Below are positions 41,865 through 56,293 of a stretch of DNA of 64,000 nucleotides, piece by piece; position 1 is the first letter of the stretch, and each line of letters starts with the position of its first letter. Source of the DNA: Eledone cirrhosa. Lineage: Eukaryota. Under the pieces are notes generated by a model. It was not told the origin of the DNA. It worked only from the letters and a program-made list of their open reading frames with translations, and did no database searches. The translations under genes were made by a program, and so were the position numbers. The stretch spans positions 230,144,001 through 230,208,000 of the forward strand of contig OZ024742.1 of assembly GCA_964016885.1 (NCBI GenBank), given 5' to 3'.

Positions 41865-43960
41865 TAGGGTGTTTAATATTTATAGGAACACTGTCTTTGG
41901 TGGAATCACATCGAATCAATTGTTCCCTCAATCTATTTAATATTGATGTTAAACAACCAAAAATACAAGGAGATAGAAGTATATTTAATGGTTGCACACT
42001 TTAGAGCAAAAGAATGCCAAAAGAATAAAATAAAAAGCATTTATTTCAATACTTCATTATTGGAGCCCAGGCTGCATGTTTTGTCTGTATACATGTAACA
42101 GACGTTTCTAACATTCATAGGAACCCAAATGAAAACAAATTGAACCATAATATTAAACTATGTATGTCGAAAAATATTTATAACATCGGTAATTTGTTTT
42201 CGTTGTTCATACAAAGAAGTATTTGGTATCACGTTTATGAGGTGAGCTTATCGATATTGTTTTGATAATTCCGCAAGATAATGAGTTAACAATAAGGTTC
42301 CAATGCAAGGTTCATTGATTGTTCAGTGCTGGATTTTAGGAGTAAACACAGACTTTCGTCAAGTTATATCCGTTGTTATAAAATTACGAAATCATTTTCT
42401 TCTCTTTTGCTTTTCCAGAAATGTAAGAAGCCAAAGGCTTGTTAAAATGAAATTATTTGATTCTGCTTTTCAACTCTCACAGAGAATAAGAAAATGAAAA
42501 CCAGAAAGGCCTTTGGCTACTTGAGAAAAACTCGAAGGGCAGTTACTCACACTCGATTCCACGTCAAACATGTTTACTTGTGTTTTTTTCTACCATCACA
42601 TCGAACTCGCGGAGGAAATGTCAGTTGCTTTAAAAAACCTAGCCAGAAGATCCAGGAGGTGTGAAGACAAGCAATTATCCCTACGAAAACAGAACAAAAC
42701 CACCCTCATTTTAATCAAGAAATTGAATAAGGAATAACACGTTTTAAAAAAGTAATATCAACGATGACTGACAAAGCAATTAGAAAGCGTGAGATTTGGA
42801 AAGGTAATCTCGAGGAAAGTTTTGACATTGCAAGCCAAGACGTTCCCGAATAAAAGGATGTGCCATCTGAAAACAAAGCTTTCTTTGTGACACAGTATAA
42901 AATCGGATGCCTTCATTCATGGCTGGTGTTGATGTAGAACATAAGAGTCATTAAGAAGAAAGAAAGTAAGATTAATGATATGAAAATAAGAAAATCAAAG
43001 CAGGATGGAGAAGACTAGATGTGCGAGGAAGTAGCTCTTGAAAGTTGATCATCCAGCTCAGCTATTAACGTTAATATCGATGACGTCTTGCCGTCAGCAC
43101 TGTCACGAACGAGAGAAACTATCCATATGACAAGCAAATACTACTTCTTAGATCACCAGTGCTAATAGTCTTCGATTTCGTCCTCAACTGTTTCTTGAGC
43201 AAGAATCAGTCACCGTAAGAATATAGCTCCGAAAATCGAGCTATCCACTTTTCCATCTGAAGACAGGTTTTGACTAGTCTTCCATTTAGATAGAGAACTA
43301 TTACCATCAGTTTCCCAATCCAGCCCACATGAAGATCGGATAGCAGTTCTAATTACCAGAACAGAAAAGAAGCTCTTAGGTGTTCTAACTATAAAAATAG
43401 AACGGAACAACACATAGCTGAACTTGTTTTGGCGGAAATTCAACGACTCAAATTTGGGGATAGAATAATTGGTGACCTTCAATATCATCACCAGTAATAC
43501 CAGCATGCTCCAAGGAGCCAATATGGCTATTGAAGCAGCTCTGAAAAATCTCTCTTGTGACTGGCTTGCTGCCATCAACTTCTTGAACTGGTTTTGATAT
43601 CCCAATGTTCAAAAAATTCCAGGAATGTTGAGCCTCCATCGATACGTCTCGTTATCAAACGATCCTGAAAATTGATGGGCCCATAGAAAATGTTTACAAG
43701 CAAAAGTGATAGATGTTTGAATATCTACTGACTGTACTGCTTTCTAGAGATCATCTCCAAGAAGACTATGCCATGTTCATAAACTCTTGGTGACTGACCA
43801 TCTCACCAAGTCCTGCTTCTCTCTCTCAGGTGTTTACCACCAGGCTAGTTGGATGGCTAACGCCATATATGATATCAAGATAGTTCTGTTCAAAAACAAC
43901 TTAAGCTTAACCACCTGAGACGAGAGATCTCGAAAACCTTGTTTCCGGTAATACATTTCA
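41864..43960 (+). mobile_element. Decayed hAT-superfamily (hATm-like) DNA transposon
   Basis: Broken frames give FHLDRELLP, EDRIAVLI..KLLGV, TFNIITSNT..GA, LL*LACCHQLLELVL and GVYHQASWMANAIYDIKIVLF (cf. HWDGKLL, FDTTxSNTG, CRHH, HxARWM); begins TTAGGGTG; no right TIR found. Confidence 0.65.
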
Positions 43961-44404
43961 TTCATAAATGGTGTTTCTCTCATTAACCCCTATTGTGTAT
44001 TTAGAACATATTCCTCATGCTCATTTTCATTTCATTTCGTTCTGTCCTGTGGTTTTACTATTGAATCCAGTCAATGGAAGATAACGACAGTATACCACAA
44101 GCAGGTTCCAAACAAAATCATGATGAATAAAAAGATGTGAACGCCTGCAATCCCTAAATAGTATTCGATTGACCTAGAATTCGCCATACTTTGTCATCTT
44201 ATCAACTCAAACATCGGCGGAATCAACATGGGATGATTGGCAAATAGTTTGCAAAATGGAACATTTTAATATATATATGAGAACATTTGAGGCTTTATTG
44301 AATTTTATCTGTAGAATAAAGAGCCTAAATCACATCTACCTGGCAATCATGGTGGTGTGAATTCCAATATATACATACATATGTATATATAATCTTATGT
44401 ATAC

Positions 44405-44496
<92 letters not shown>

Positions 44497-44898
44497 GTGT
44501 GCGTGTGCGAATTTTTAACTATGAAAATAAAACTAAAGGTGAAGATAGGTTCTTAATTAGTTCATTGTTTTACGATCGTTTCAAAGGGTTTATTGATAAT
44601 GATAAATCGATGTATTGACCCGATATATAGTGATTATACCACCCCTGATTACCTGTCTCGTTATCCTAAATCCATTTCACCGTCTTCTTCAGAAGCAATG
44701 AACTAAAATATTTATTTTTAAGAAAAGGAGGAAGTTCAATATTTATTTGTAAGAGAGGAAAATGTGAACTGGTAGTCATATATAGACTGTGTTAAAACCA
44801 CTGAATAAAAGAAAAACGGGTCAAGAGGGAAAGAGAGTGGTTGCGATAAATGAGTGTGGCTTAACAAAAGTAGAGGAGGGGCAATATGTGTATGTCAA

Positions 44899-45087
44899 AT
44901 AATTGTTTCTACTTTTAGTACAAGGCCAGCAATTATCCAGTGTATTACTGGTACTTTATTTTATCGACCCCGTAAGGATGAAAGGCAAAGTTAACCTCGG
45001 CGGGATTTGAAATCAGAATGGCAAGGTACGTAACTCTATGCGTTAAAGCATGGCGTCCGACCCTCTACCGATACTGTCAATCCACCG
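44899..45087 (-). mobile_element. Full-length SINE A with TSD
   Basis: tcaaataat at 44895-44903 and 45090-45098. Confidence 0.9.
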
Positions 45088-45970
45088 GCTCAAATAATAT
45101 TGCCAAATTTGCAACAGATACAGATATTCTGGTCTCATCGACCGTCGGAATCGACGTTCATTTTCTCGACGGACCTGTTGGTTCGTGTGCATTGTGTGAA
45201 ACTACATCCTATAGTGTCAATATGATCAAGCACAACCTCGTCAAAGCTGTGCCCCAGCTTGGCCACACTCTAATGAATGAAAGAAGTGAATAAAAAAAAA
45301 TAATAACAGAAACATTTTCATTTGTCTGTATAAGACTGTAGTTAATCTCTAAGTGAAATGAACAGAAAATAATTTTGTTTTATCTATTTGAAGATGTTAT
45401 GTAATGAAACAGCAACGATGTTGTCCATTTTTCATCCAATTATCCTTTTATTCCAAAATAAAAAACAGTTGTGTAATCTCTTCTTTCATGATTACTCCTC
45501 CTCCCGTGCAACTAAATTAACAATACTTCTAAATCATGGTTCGGTTGATAATTACCGTGATTGTTTCTTGCTGTCATGGTGAATTACTCGAATTAATGTC
45601 TGATAGTTTTTTTTTTTTTGGTCTTTAATTCGTTTACCTTTAACTCAACCATCACTGGAATACTACCGACGTAATCTAGATATTTAAATGGAATATGATT
45701 CACGGTAGCGCACGAGGAAGTTATATTCATTTAAGCAGGATCATTCACCTCACTATATACATATATAGTTATGAGCATAACTTTACTGGATTCATTCCAG
45801 GTGACATAGTTATTATAGTCGATCCTCTTGACTCTGCTACTTTTATTTCTTTTATCAAGGCTAATAATTTAATGATTTCTTTTTGTCAGTGCGATAAACA
45901 ATGGGATATAAAGCATAATTGCAAATACTCATACATAAATAAATACATACATACATACATATATACATAT

Positions 45971-48910
45971 AAGCTGATCACCATCAAACAAGAATTGAGA
46001 GCTGTTAGCGAAAAACGCCGATACCTGAAGAAGGTAGATGAAAGAAAAGTGCCTAATAAAAGATTCGGACGAAACCAAACATCAGTCTATAGAGATATGA
46101 AGGGCAAAATAATAAGTGTCACTGAGGCCCTATCCCAGAAAGACATAGACCCCTTTTCGAGAAAAATATGGGGTGAAAAGAAGAATTTCAACCAGGATGC
46201 AGTGTGGCTAAAAGAAATCCGAAACAACTATTGCTCTTACACTACAACAAAAACATACGAAATAAGTGAGGGTACCCTTGAGACTGTGATAGGAAAACTC
46301 CAAGATAAGAAAATACCAGAAAGAGACATGATTGTCGGCTACTGATACAAAAAACTGATATTCTATCGGAGGTATCGTACTGACCTCTACCAACAAGTTC
46401 TTAAGGGAGATATACTTATACCAGAATGGTTGACATTAGCACAAACATTACTGGTCCCCAAGAACAAAGACACCCACTTGGCAAAAAACTACCGACCCAT
46501 TGCATGCCAGAACCTGATGTATAAGATGTATACAGCCTGCCTGACCCTATTCCTCCAAGATCAGTGTGAAAATACTAATATCATCACAGATGAACCAGCA
46601 GCTGGAAAAAAGGGGTTTGGAGATGTGCTGAACAACTTCTAATCAACAAAACTGCGATGTCGGAGGTGCGACAGCTTAGGAGGAATATGGCTACAGTCTG
46701 GTTGGACTACAAGAAAGCTTTCGGTTCTGTTCCCTATTCTTGTATGATAGAGTCCCAGACATTATTATCAGAGCCATAGAGAAGCTGTCTTCTTCTTAGG
46801 CTACTATCCTAAGGTTAAAGACAGCCTAATCAACAAAACTGCGATGTCTGAGGTGCGACAACTTAGGAGGAATATGGCTACAGTCTGGCTGGACTACAGG
46901 AAAGCTTTCGATTCTGTTCCCCACTTTTGTATGATAGAGTCCCAGACATTATTATCGGAGCCATAGAGAAGCTGTCTTCTTCTTGGGCTACTTTCCTAAG
47001 GTTAAAGAGAGAGATGGAGGAGTCTATTTTGACTGATAAAATAAAATATCGCAGGGGTATATTTCAGGGAGACAGTCTCTCTTTGATATTATTCATCCTG
47101 CCATTAAACCCCTTGTGCTTTCTGCTCAGGAAATGTGAAAGATACATCATTGGCTCACAGGAGGACAGAAATACGAACCTAACCCATAACTTCTTTGTGG
47201 ACGATCTGAAACTCTATGCCAAGAGCATGGATGGGAGGAAGAAAAATCTTGACCTGGTTACAACGTTCTCAGAGGATATAGGAATGGAGTTTGGCCAAGA
47301 TAAATGCTCATACATGACTGTAAAGCGGGGAAAAACAACAACCCAATCTAGCAACATTGTCATCAATGGCCTAACTGTTTCACCAATATCTGATGCGGAC
47401 TGCTACAGTTACCTGGGGATAGATGAGAACATATCCTATAATGGTATCTGTAATAAAGAACGCGTAACCAGGGAATACTACACCCAAAGATTTGGTCATC
47501 GGAACTCTCTGCGCAAAACAAAACAGTGGCTCACAATGTGTTTGCTGTGCCTGTCCTAACACCAACGTTTGGAATACTCAATTGGAAGATAGACGAAATC
47601 CGTGCAGTTGATGTTAGAACTCGAAAAATACTAAACAACACCGGAAACTTCCACATCAACAGTGACATAGACCGCCTTTACTTGAAACGTAAGCAGTGTG
47701 GCAGAGGCCTAACATCAGTCCAGACAGCATTTGAATATTGCATCATATCCCTCCGACAACATCTACGAACCTCGAAGCGTAGGAGCCCGTCTCTCGAGCA
47801 AGTCTATCTGCATGAAACAGATAAGATCATGAGAGTTGGGAAGGAACTCCTCGAGAGATATTCCCTGTGTGATAATCAAAAAATCACACCCAAGGAAGTC
47901 TCTCAGCAATATCGTAGTGAATCCATGGATGTAAAACTGCATGCCTATCAGCAAAAAATCATGCATGGATATGTTGCCAGGAAGCTCCAGAGTGGACCAA
48001 CAACCGCTATATTGGCTCCCTCTTTGTAGGATACGCTTTTTGCAATCGAAGAACAGGAAATTAACACGAAATACCTGATTCACAAAAGTGATAGGGATGC
48101 AGGCAAAACAGAATAGACATCGAAGATGTCACCCATGTCATAAGCAGCTGTCCAAAGATGTCATCGCGGTATTATCTACCTTTGAGGCATGATGTAGTGG
48201 CCAAAACACTGTACAATGCAATCCGTAGAAAAGATAGCCCCGATAATAAACACATTAAAAGCTACAGCAATGTGGAAGACATCCATATACATAATATGAA
48301 AGAGTACTGGTGGAATGTTCCAGTAAAAACCCCAATAAAATGCAGGCATAACAGACCAGATATTATGATATGGGACAGGGAGAAGAAAACATGCACAGTA
48401 GCGGAAGTTAGCTGCCCAGCAGATGCCAATAAAAGGAGAATATTTATGCAGAACTGATGAGAAATCTGCAGATACTCCAGCCTGATTACACCTTCAGATT
48501 TATGCCTGTGATTATTGGGGCACTGGGGGTATGTTAGTAACTGCCTCAATACAAATCTTGAGAAGCTAGGCTTCACAGGAACAGAAAGAACACTACTAGT
48601 TAGGAAATTGCAAGTACAATTCATTAATGGAACAGTAAAAATATGTAAAACATTCCAAAAATGTTGCATCTAATAACTACATATACAGATACATGTACAG
48701 ATACAAAGCATATACACATGCAGACATACAACTCAAAACATCCACATCCACACATACAATAACATCCATATCTACACATGCATGCAGGCATGCATACATA
48801 ATCTACCTAGTTCATGTGTAAATTCCAATGTGAGAGTATTGTATCGATGTTAGAAACCGACTCTCTCTCTCTACTGGTAAAAGTTTGTGAAATTATAAAA
48901 CCAGAAGAAC
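45971..48910 (+). mobile_element. R4/Dong-type RLE LINE, 5'-truncated and defective, in (CATA)n
   Basis: KNYRPIAC, WLDYRKAFDSVPH, RGIFQGDSLS, FFVDDLKLY, EFGQDKC, YLG, RHD, RPDIMI..AEVSCP; internal tandem duplication of about 185 bp (46640-46822 / 46827-47010). Confidence 0.9.
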
Positions 48911-49619
48911 ATACATACAAACATGACAGCTGTAAAATCTGCTAAGAGTACTGCAATCGCTTGTCAGATTATAGAGTTTGGTGCACTTTTAGGCTACGAT
49001 AAGCCACATGAACCTGTAACATACCCTGAAGAAGCAATGCCTGTGCTTTGAAGGTTACATTCACACATACATATATATAAATACATATATACATACATGG
49101 TGGCTGCCAACTCGTTTTCGAGTACGGCCACTACTTTATATCCATGTAGGAGAACCCTTACCGATGCGCTGAACGAGTGTGACTTTTTAGTCCAGCCAGC
49201 GACTTGTAAACTCTGGTACAAACACTACACTTGTGACAATTATTGACACATAGTGCTGGGCCCATGGTACCATGTGATGACAAGTGCAGAGAGATCTCCA
49301 GATATAAAGCAATGCCTGTGCCATGAAGCTTTTATAGTGAGCAAAGGCACTGCACAAAGCCAGTCCCACTCTCTTAACCAAGATGATATTTACCAAAAAG
49401 AAGAACAAGTCAACATCATTGGATACCATCAGGGTTGCAGATGTTATATCAGAGTTTTCCTTCTCCTAGAATTCTGCCTTGACAAAGGCTAAGGGGTCAT
49501 CTCTCCCTATATACCTATATACATACACACATACCAACATACCAACATACACATGTATATAAATACATACATCCACACGTACAAACAAGCATACATATAT
49601 ACATACTTTATATATCATA

Positions 49620-51020
49620 TACGAAGGGTTTCCACACACCTTCTGTCTACCAAATTATATTCAGGAGCCTCTGGTCAATCCAAGGTTATAGAAGAAAAAC
49701 TTATCTAAAATAGAAACTCAACCCGCATCACTATGTTATAGATATAATCTGAGTTATAGATGGAATTAGATTCACCTTAAGGCCTGATATTTTTCAGAGG
49801 GATCATCCATCTCACAACCTATATATACCTTTGCTGGTTTCAATTATTCGACTATGACTTTGAGTGTCGTATTGACACCTATATTGATATTTTAAACACT
49901 TTATTTGATGGCACTAATGAAAATATATTAAACGTAAACACAAACACGAACAAACACCCATTCACACAGTCACATAGACATACTACTGGCTTCCATAGTT
50001 TCCGTCTATCAAATCTCTGCCACTCGTGGCTGTCAGTGGGACTGAACACGAAGCCGTGTAGCCATGAAGTGAAATTCTTATCGGCAACCACAAGCATGTT
50101 AACAACCACCTATAGTCCAGAAGCTCCTCAGGTTTCATTGGTGTTCAGTGATGGACTTCACTCCATCGTAAGGTAATTGTTGCTTTTTATACTCCAATAT
50201 TCAATTTCAATAAACTGAAGTGACGTGAAATGAAGTGTCTTGTTCAGGAACCCATCACACCGACCTTTACGGCAATCGAACTGATGATGACTTCACGATT
50301 GTCAGCCCAATAATGTATCCATTAGGATGCATACCATTCCATAATACTGGCACAACGATTAAATCGAAGTCAAAAACATGCGTGGTAGTGGTATGTTTAA
50401 GATTGTACAAAATCTAGGCTGGCTAGTCTAATTTTTTTATTTCAATTATATAGTCTTTTAACATTTCGTTGTCAATAACGTAAGTATTATAAATGTCATT
50501 CAAATACTTTGGATGATATATCTAACTATATCTGCTACATACTATAATCGAAAATATTGATGAACTATATATAAACCTGTGGGCTGACGAACATAATTAG
50601 ATCGTGGATGGCAAACAATGTTTCTGACTAAGATACGACATTTCACATTTCTTTTTATGATATGATTGGGGGGTTCTATGTTTAAAACACCCGAGAAATG
50701 TCCTATGAGATAAAGCCTTGCATGAAGCCAACTAAAACCACACGAAAGTTCTATAAATTTCATTTTTTTTAATTTCAATATTATACATAATACAAATAAG
50801 ACTCATAAGGTCGCGAGTTCAACCCCTGTGGTGCTTTTGGTCCTTGAGTAAGAGACTTTATTTGATCTTGCTCCGATTCATTCGATTGGAAAAAAGTAAT
50901 TGTTTCTGTAATAATAAGGACCAGTCTTATCGCGCAATGTATCATGCTGAATCTTCCCGAGAATTATGTTAAGTGTGCATATGTCTGTGGAATTCTAAGG
51001 CACTTGCACATTAACTTCGG
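49620..51020. repeat. Cluster of old SINE fragments from other families (about 49620-49745, 49980-50110, 50200-50340, 50810-51010)
   Basis: agtttccgtctatcaaat..cagtgggactgaac; gtgaaatgaagtgtcttg; cgagttcaa..gtccttgagtaagagacttta (box B plus CORE-like text). Confidence 0.55.
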
Positions 51021-52617
51021 AGGTGAAGCATATAAGAAAATGTGAATTCGGAATTGGTTTTACTCCTGCTACATCATACAACATAAATGTTAAAGCATTC
51101 TGATTAGATCTTGATATAAGAGAAGTTGGTCTTGGTAGTTCAGATTCCTTTTCGTACCAGCCACCGTTGAGACTTCTCGAGTCCTTGATACACGCACTGA
51201 CGATTTCCTCCGCAAAATCGCAAAGAGAGAAGTCAGCCTGAAGAGGGGCTTCCGAGAGGCTGGTGTGAGTGCTGCTGGCCATTCTCCGTGGCAATGTATT
51301 TCCCATCCTGGCTGCAGGACACTGCTAAATCACCACGCTTTATTCTTTTTTTCTTTTTCTTCTTTCCTTTTTCATTTCATTTAAATATTATTATTTTGAC
51401 TAACTTTACATTGTACATATTCAGTAGGGGAATCGTCATAAGAAGGGAAATTAATAAATTAAATTTAAAAAAAAAAGCAACACATTACAAATCTAATTTT
51501 CATTTCTGCTAATTTATTCTGCTTCTATTTGTTCTATTAGGGAAGTAGGCAGCGAATTGTCAGAGGCTTTAGAACATTGGTCAGAGTTCTTTGCCTTAGT
51601 CGTGTTGGTTTTCTTCGTTTTGAGTTAAAACTCGTTGGGGATTAATTTGACTTTCAAGCTGCCGAAGTATATCAAAAAGTAGTCGTGTCAATTCCTTCGC
51701 ATCTCTTCCTCACTTCGTCTCTGCAAGAATTATGGAGGTTTAAAATACCCAAGTAAATGCTGCATGCCGCTACGGCGCTCCTACAAATCCAGATATATTT
51801 ATGAGTCTATAAATAGATATTGTATGCAAGCGGATTGTTGTCTAGACACAAGTCACCGTTAAAGGCATCCCTATCACTTTCACAAAAAGCGGTTCTGTTT
51901 TTTTTTCTTTTCAGAAACTTGCATATTCGTCGTCAAAATGTACGGAGATCTAACACGTATTTGCCTAGAAATTTGACAAGGTATGACTGTAAATGGCGGC
52001 GAATTAGAGGAGTCGTTATGGCGCCTTATCAAATTTTCTTCGACATTTGTTTCAGCTTACTGCTGTCCGAGTTCAAATCCAGCCAACGTGTATGTACCAC
52101 CTATTTTTTTCAATGGCCATAAATGATGTATCAATCAATTTCCTCTAACCCCACTTTCTGAACGATATCGCCTGGCTTCGAATCTAAATAGGGATGCGAT
52201 ACGCCAGATTAAATATGCCCTAATACGCCGAGTTTGGACGGCGCCCCTACGACGCCATCAGTACTAGAATTTTCTGTGGCTCGAAAAGCAGGCAGATGCA
52301 TCACCAGTATTGACGGAGATCCCACACCCTTTGTGTCTGATTTTAAATTTCCCCAACCTTTAAAACACAGATGAACTTTAAATAAAGTTTATAAAATAAA
52401 CATTAATAAACAAGTTTTTCCAACCGATATGTCAAGTTATGTTGTTTCTATTAGATGAGGATATACATTTTATTGTATTTTGTTACTTACATATTTACTC
52501 TATATGTGTATATATTAAATTAAAAATAACCATTTACAAGCCTGACATAAATTAAATTTTGTTATGAATACAAAAGTTTATGTCTATGTAGATATAGATA
52601 CATACTTAAACAAAGAC

Positions 52618-52688
<71 letters not shown>

Positions 52689-53990
52689 AACGAGTAGGAC
52701 CCCGACGGCTGAGCTCAAGCCGTTTCGACGGCTAATTCTGGACTAAATGAAAATGTTCATCCTGGTATTTGAATAGCCGAGCTTCTCAAGGGGTAATTCC
52801 ATATATGGTAAAATTGATTGTCACAAGGATTGGTCAAAAGTTTGTTGTTGAGACATAATAATTCAATGATGGCAATTTGTGGAGGGAAGGGGTAGCTGAA
52901 CCTGCCAGTAGGAGAAAGAGGGAGAGGGGGTGGAGGAGACCCATTCATGCGTTGATAGTGCCGACTACAGCTGGGCATGAGGACAAAGAAGATACTAGGG
53001 AGGGGGAGGGGGAGGAAGTCGAAACGATAAGTAGAACAATATGGGGTAAGTATATAGAAAAATACCGAGATTGTTAAAAAGCAATTAAATGTAAAGAAAA
53101 ATCTTTGCTTTAATTTCTCGTATATCATTTTTTTTTTTGGGGGGGGGGGGGGGTGATTCTGAATTAATTTTCCGTATCAAATTTTACTTATACTTCGTAC
53201 GAGCTTTTATGTAGCTTGCACTAGAACTTTTGTATTGTGGCGGCACCCTTAGAGATAGTAGTAGTATTCTTTTTCGGGACTCTGAATTATTATTTCGTAT
53301 TAGTTTACATTTTTGCACTGGGTGGTTGCAGGCCTTGTGCCTGGGGTAGAAACCTTTATTTATTATTTAGTGGTAGTTTCTTTAATATCTTGGCCCCTCA
53401 CTTGTTGACCCGTCACCGTAAGATATATTCGGTTTAATACTTATACCTCTTAAAAGGGTCCCAATATACTTCCGTTCCACCTAGTATACCTTTCTTTAGC
53501 CTAGCTGTACCAGTGAGAGACGTAGGTCGTAGTAACCAGAAATTGTTTATTTTTCTTTACATTTAATTGCTTTTTAACAATCTCGGTATTTTTCTATATA
53601 CTTACCCCATATTGTTCTACTTATCGTTTCGACTTCCTCTCCCTCCCCCTCCCTAGTATCTTCTTTGACCTCATGCGCAGCTGTAGTCAGCACTATCAAC
53701 GCATGAATGGGTCTCCTCCACCCCCTCTCCCTCTTTCTCCTACTGGCAGGTTCAGCTACCTCTTCCCTCCACAAATTGCCATCATTGAATTATTATGTCT
53801 CAACAACAAACTTTTGATCAATCCTTGTGACAATCAATTTTACCACATATGGAATTACCCCTTGAGAAGCTCGGCTATTCAAATACCAGGATAAAAATGT
53901 TCATTTAGTCCAGAATTAGCCGTCGAAACGGCTTGAGCTCAGCCGTCGGGATCCTACTCGTTCCTATTACCCACTCTACTACCCTAAGTA

Positions 53991-56293
53991 TTGAGTACTT
54001 TGGTGCGTTATGGTCCACCTGGTTCCTTACCACATTTCCTCCGTTATCTAGCTCCTATTCCCGTAGTAGAGCACTTTCCGACCCTACCACGCCGTATCCA
54101 GACTTTTCCGCTAAGCTCAATTTCTTTCACCCGCACCATCGACTTCTCTACCAAGAACATCCAAGTCCCACCGAAAAAACTTTACCTTCGGATGCTCACG
54201 CAAAAAATCGATCTATTTGCCAAAAGACTTAGATGGAGAACTTTTTTCTACGACAGATATTGCGACAATCAGGACTTCGGTACCAAGGAGAGATTCGGAT
54301 TTATTACCTACAAATCTCCCCCTCCGAACCCTATGCTCTCACCCTTCGAGAATTACCGTTTCCAACAGGTCAAGAACATTAAATTCAAACCCAGACACAA
54401 CCGAATCCTACAAAATCTCCGTAACAACTTAACAGAGTTTGATAACACCAATGACATCATGGTGCACTCGGATAAAACTGGTAACCTCTACTTTGTCAAC
54501 CCCGACAGATACCACACACTGATCAGGAGCAGCCTAAACTCCACCTATAAAAAGGCTAACCACTCCTGCATCGAGGACATAAATCGAGATGGACAACAAA
54601 TTACCTCCAGCCTCGGGGTCGCCGACCGCAAGGAACCCCTAGACCCATGGACACCCTATTTCACACTGAAGGACCACAAATCCGACTTCGACCGTAAACC
54701 TTCTATCAGGCTTATAAACCCAACGAAGTCTGACATAGGGAGAATCAGCAAAAAAATCCTAGACCGCGTGATACCAAAAGTGAAGCAACACGCCCGACTC
54801 AGCCTATGGGTCAACACCCAGGAAGTAATCTCATGGTTCAGCAATATGGAGGAAAAACGAGACACTAAATTAATCCAGTTTGACATAGAGAGTTACTATG
54901 CTTCAATCACCTTACCGCTACTTACGGCTGCCTTGGACTTCGCCGAAGCACTTGTGCCCATCACCGACCAGGAAAGAAACATCATCCTCCACGCCAGGAA
55001 GACAGTCTTACTCTTCGACAACTCCAAATGGATAAAGAGAGCTCGCGACTCATCCTTCGACGTCAGCATGGGCGCGACGGATTCGGCTGAGGTCACAGAT
55101 CTTATAGGATTATTCCTAATAGCCAAACTCACCTATATGTTTCCTGCATTCGGCGGTGGATTGTACCGTGATGATGGGCTCCTTACCCTTAAAGGGTACA
55201 ACCCCAGTAGTACAGATCGGGTCCGTAAACAATTAATCAGCTTCTTCCGCGACTGGGGATTTAAAATAACCATACAAACGTCCCTGACCCGAGTAAACTT
55301 CCTGGACGTTACCCTTGACCTCGATAATGATCTGTACTACTCATACAGGAAACCTAACGACAACCTGCACTACATCCACCGCCGGTCAAACCATCCTAGG
55401 AACATCACCAATAACCTGGTTAAAAACATCTCCCTCCGCATATCCCGTTTGTCAGCTAATGAGCAGATATTCGATGAACATGCGCCTTATTACAACCAGG
55501 CCCTCACGCGGAGTGATTTCCGGGAGGAAATATCCAACTGTCCAGCTCCCATTAACGGAACCAGCAGGCGACACCGCTGCTCACGAAATGTAACATGGTT
55601 CAATCCTCCCCACAGCGCCGAGGTGACAACTCCTATCGGGAAAATCTTCTTTAGGCTCATTGAAAAACACTTCCCACTACAACACCGCTATCACAGCATA
55701 ATTAACAAAAATACCATCAAACTCTCTTAGAGCACCACACCAAACTTTGCACAAAACATCGTCTCCTCTAACAACAAACAACTCAACCCCTATGGAAGAA
55801 ATAACCTAAATAGCAGTGGAGAGCCGACCAGGAGGTGCAACTGTCCTGATGGATCCATTTTCCCCCTCGACAACAGATGCAGAGATGGTAATGTGATCTA
55901 CCAGTGCAACGTGAGGACGGACACCTCAAACAAAGCTTATATAGGATTAACCGCATGTGACTTCAAGACCCGGCTATACCAACACAGACATACCTTCCGA
56001 AACCCAGCCCGGCGTCACGCTACTACACTTTAGGGCCACATATGGGACCTCAAGGATAACAACATTACCTATGATCTCACTTGGAGCTTACTGTCCAGAG
56101 CCAACCCTTACACGGGAGGACGCCGTCCGTGCAATTTATGCTCGGAGGAAACTTTACAAATGCTGTTTTCGACGGACCAACTCCTAAACAAGAAAGATGA
56201 ACTGGTTACTGCATGTAAACACAGATTGCGTAGGACTTACCTCGTCCTCAAACCCCATAATGACCCGGGGGGGGAGGGTAGACTAGGGCTATA
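53991..56293 (+). pseudogene. PLE RT plus GIY-YIG ORF, single frame with two premature TAG stops
   Basis: SDKTGN, LKDHK, QFDIESYYASI, FDVSMG, GLYRDDGL, NFLDVTLDL, WFNPP; past the stop at 55728 the frame continues with CNC, NVIYQC, AYIGLT and CNLC; second stop near 56030. Confidence 0.93.

Noticed and set aside
50995-51330. 103-aa minus-strand ORF as a host exon
   Set aside because: No clear splice context; QDG and ADFSLCDF only weakly suggest a Tc1/mariner relic, too degenerate to call
55728-55730. Programmed readthrough or recoding at the in-frame stop
   Set aside because: It is TAG, the sister copy has TAC at this codon, and a second stop follows; simple nonsense mutation explains it
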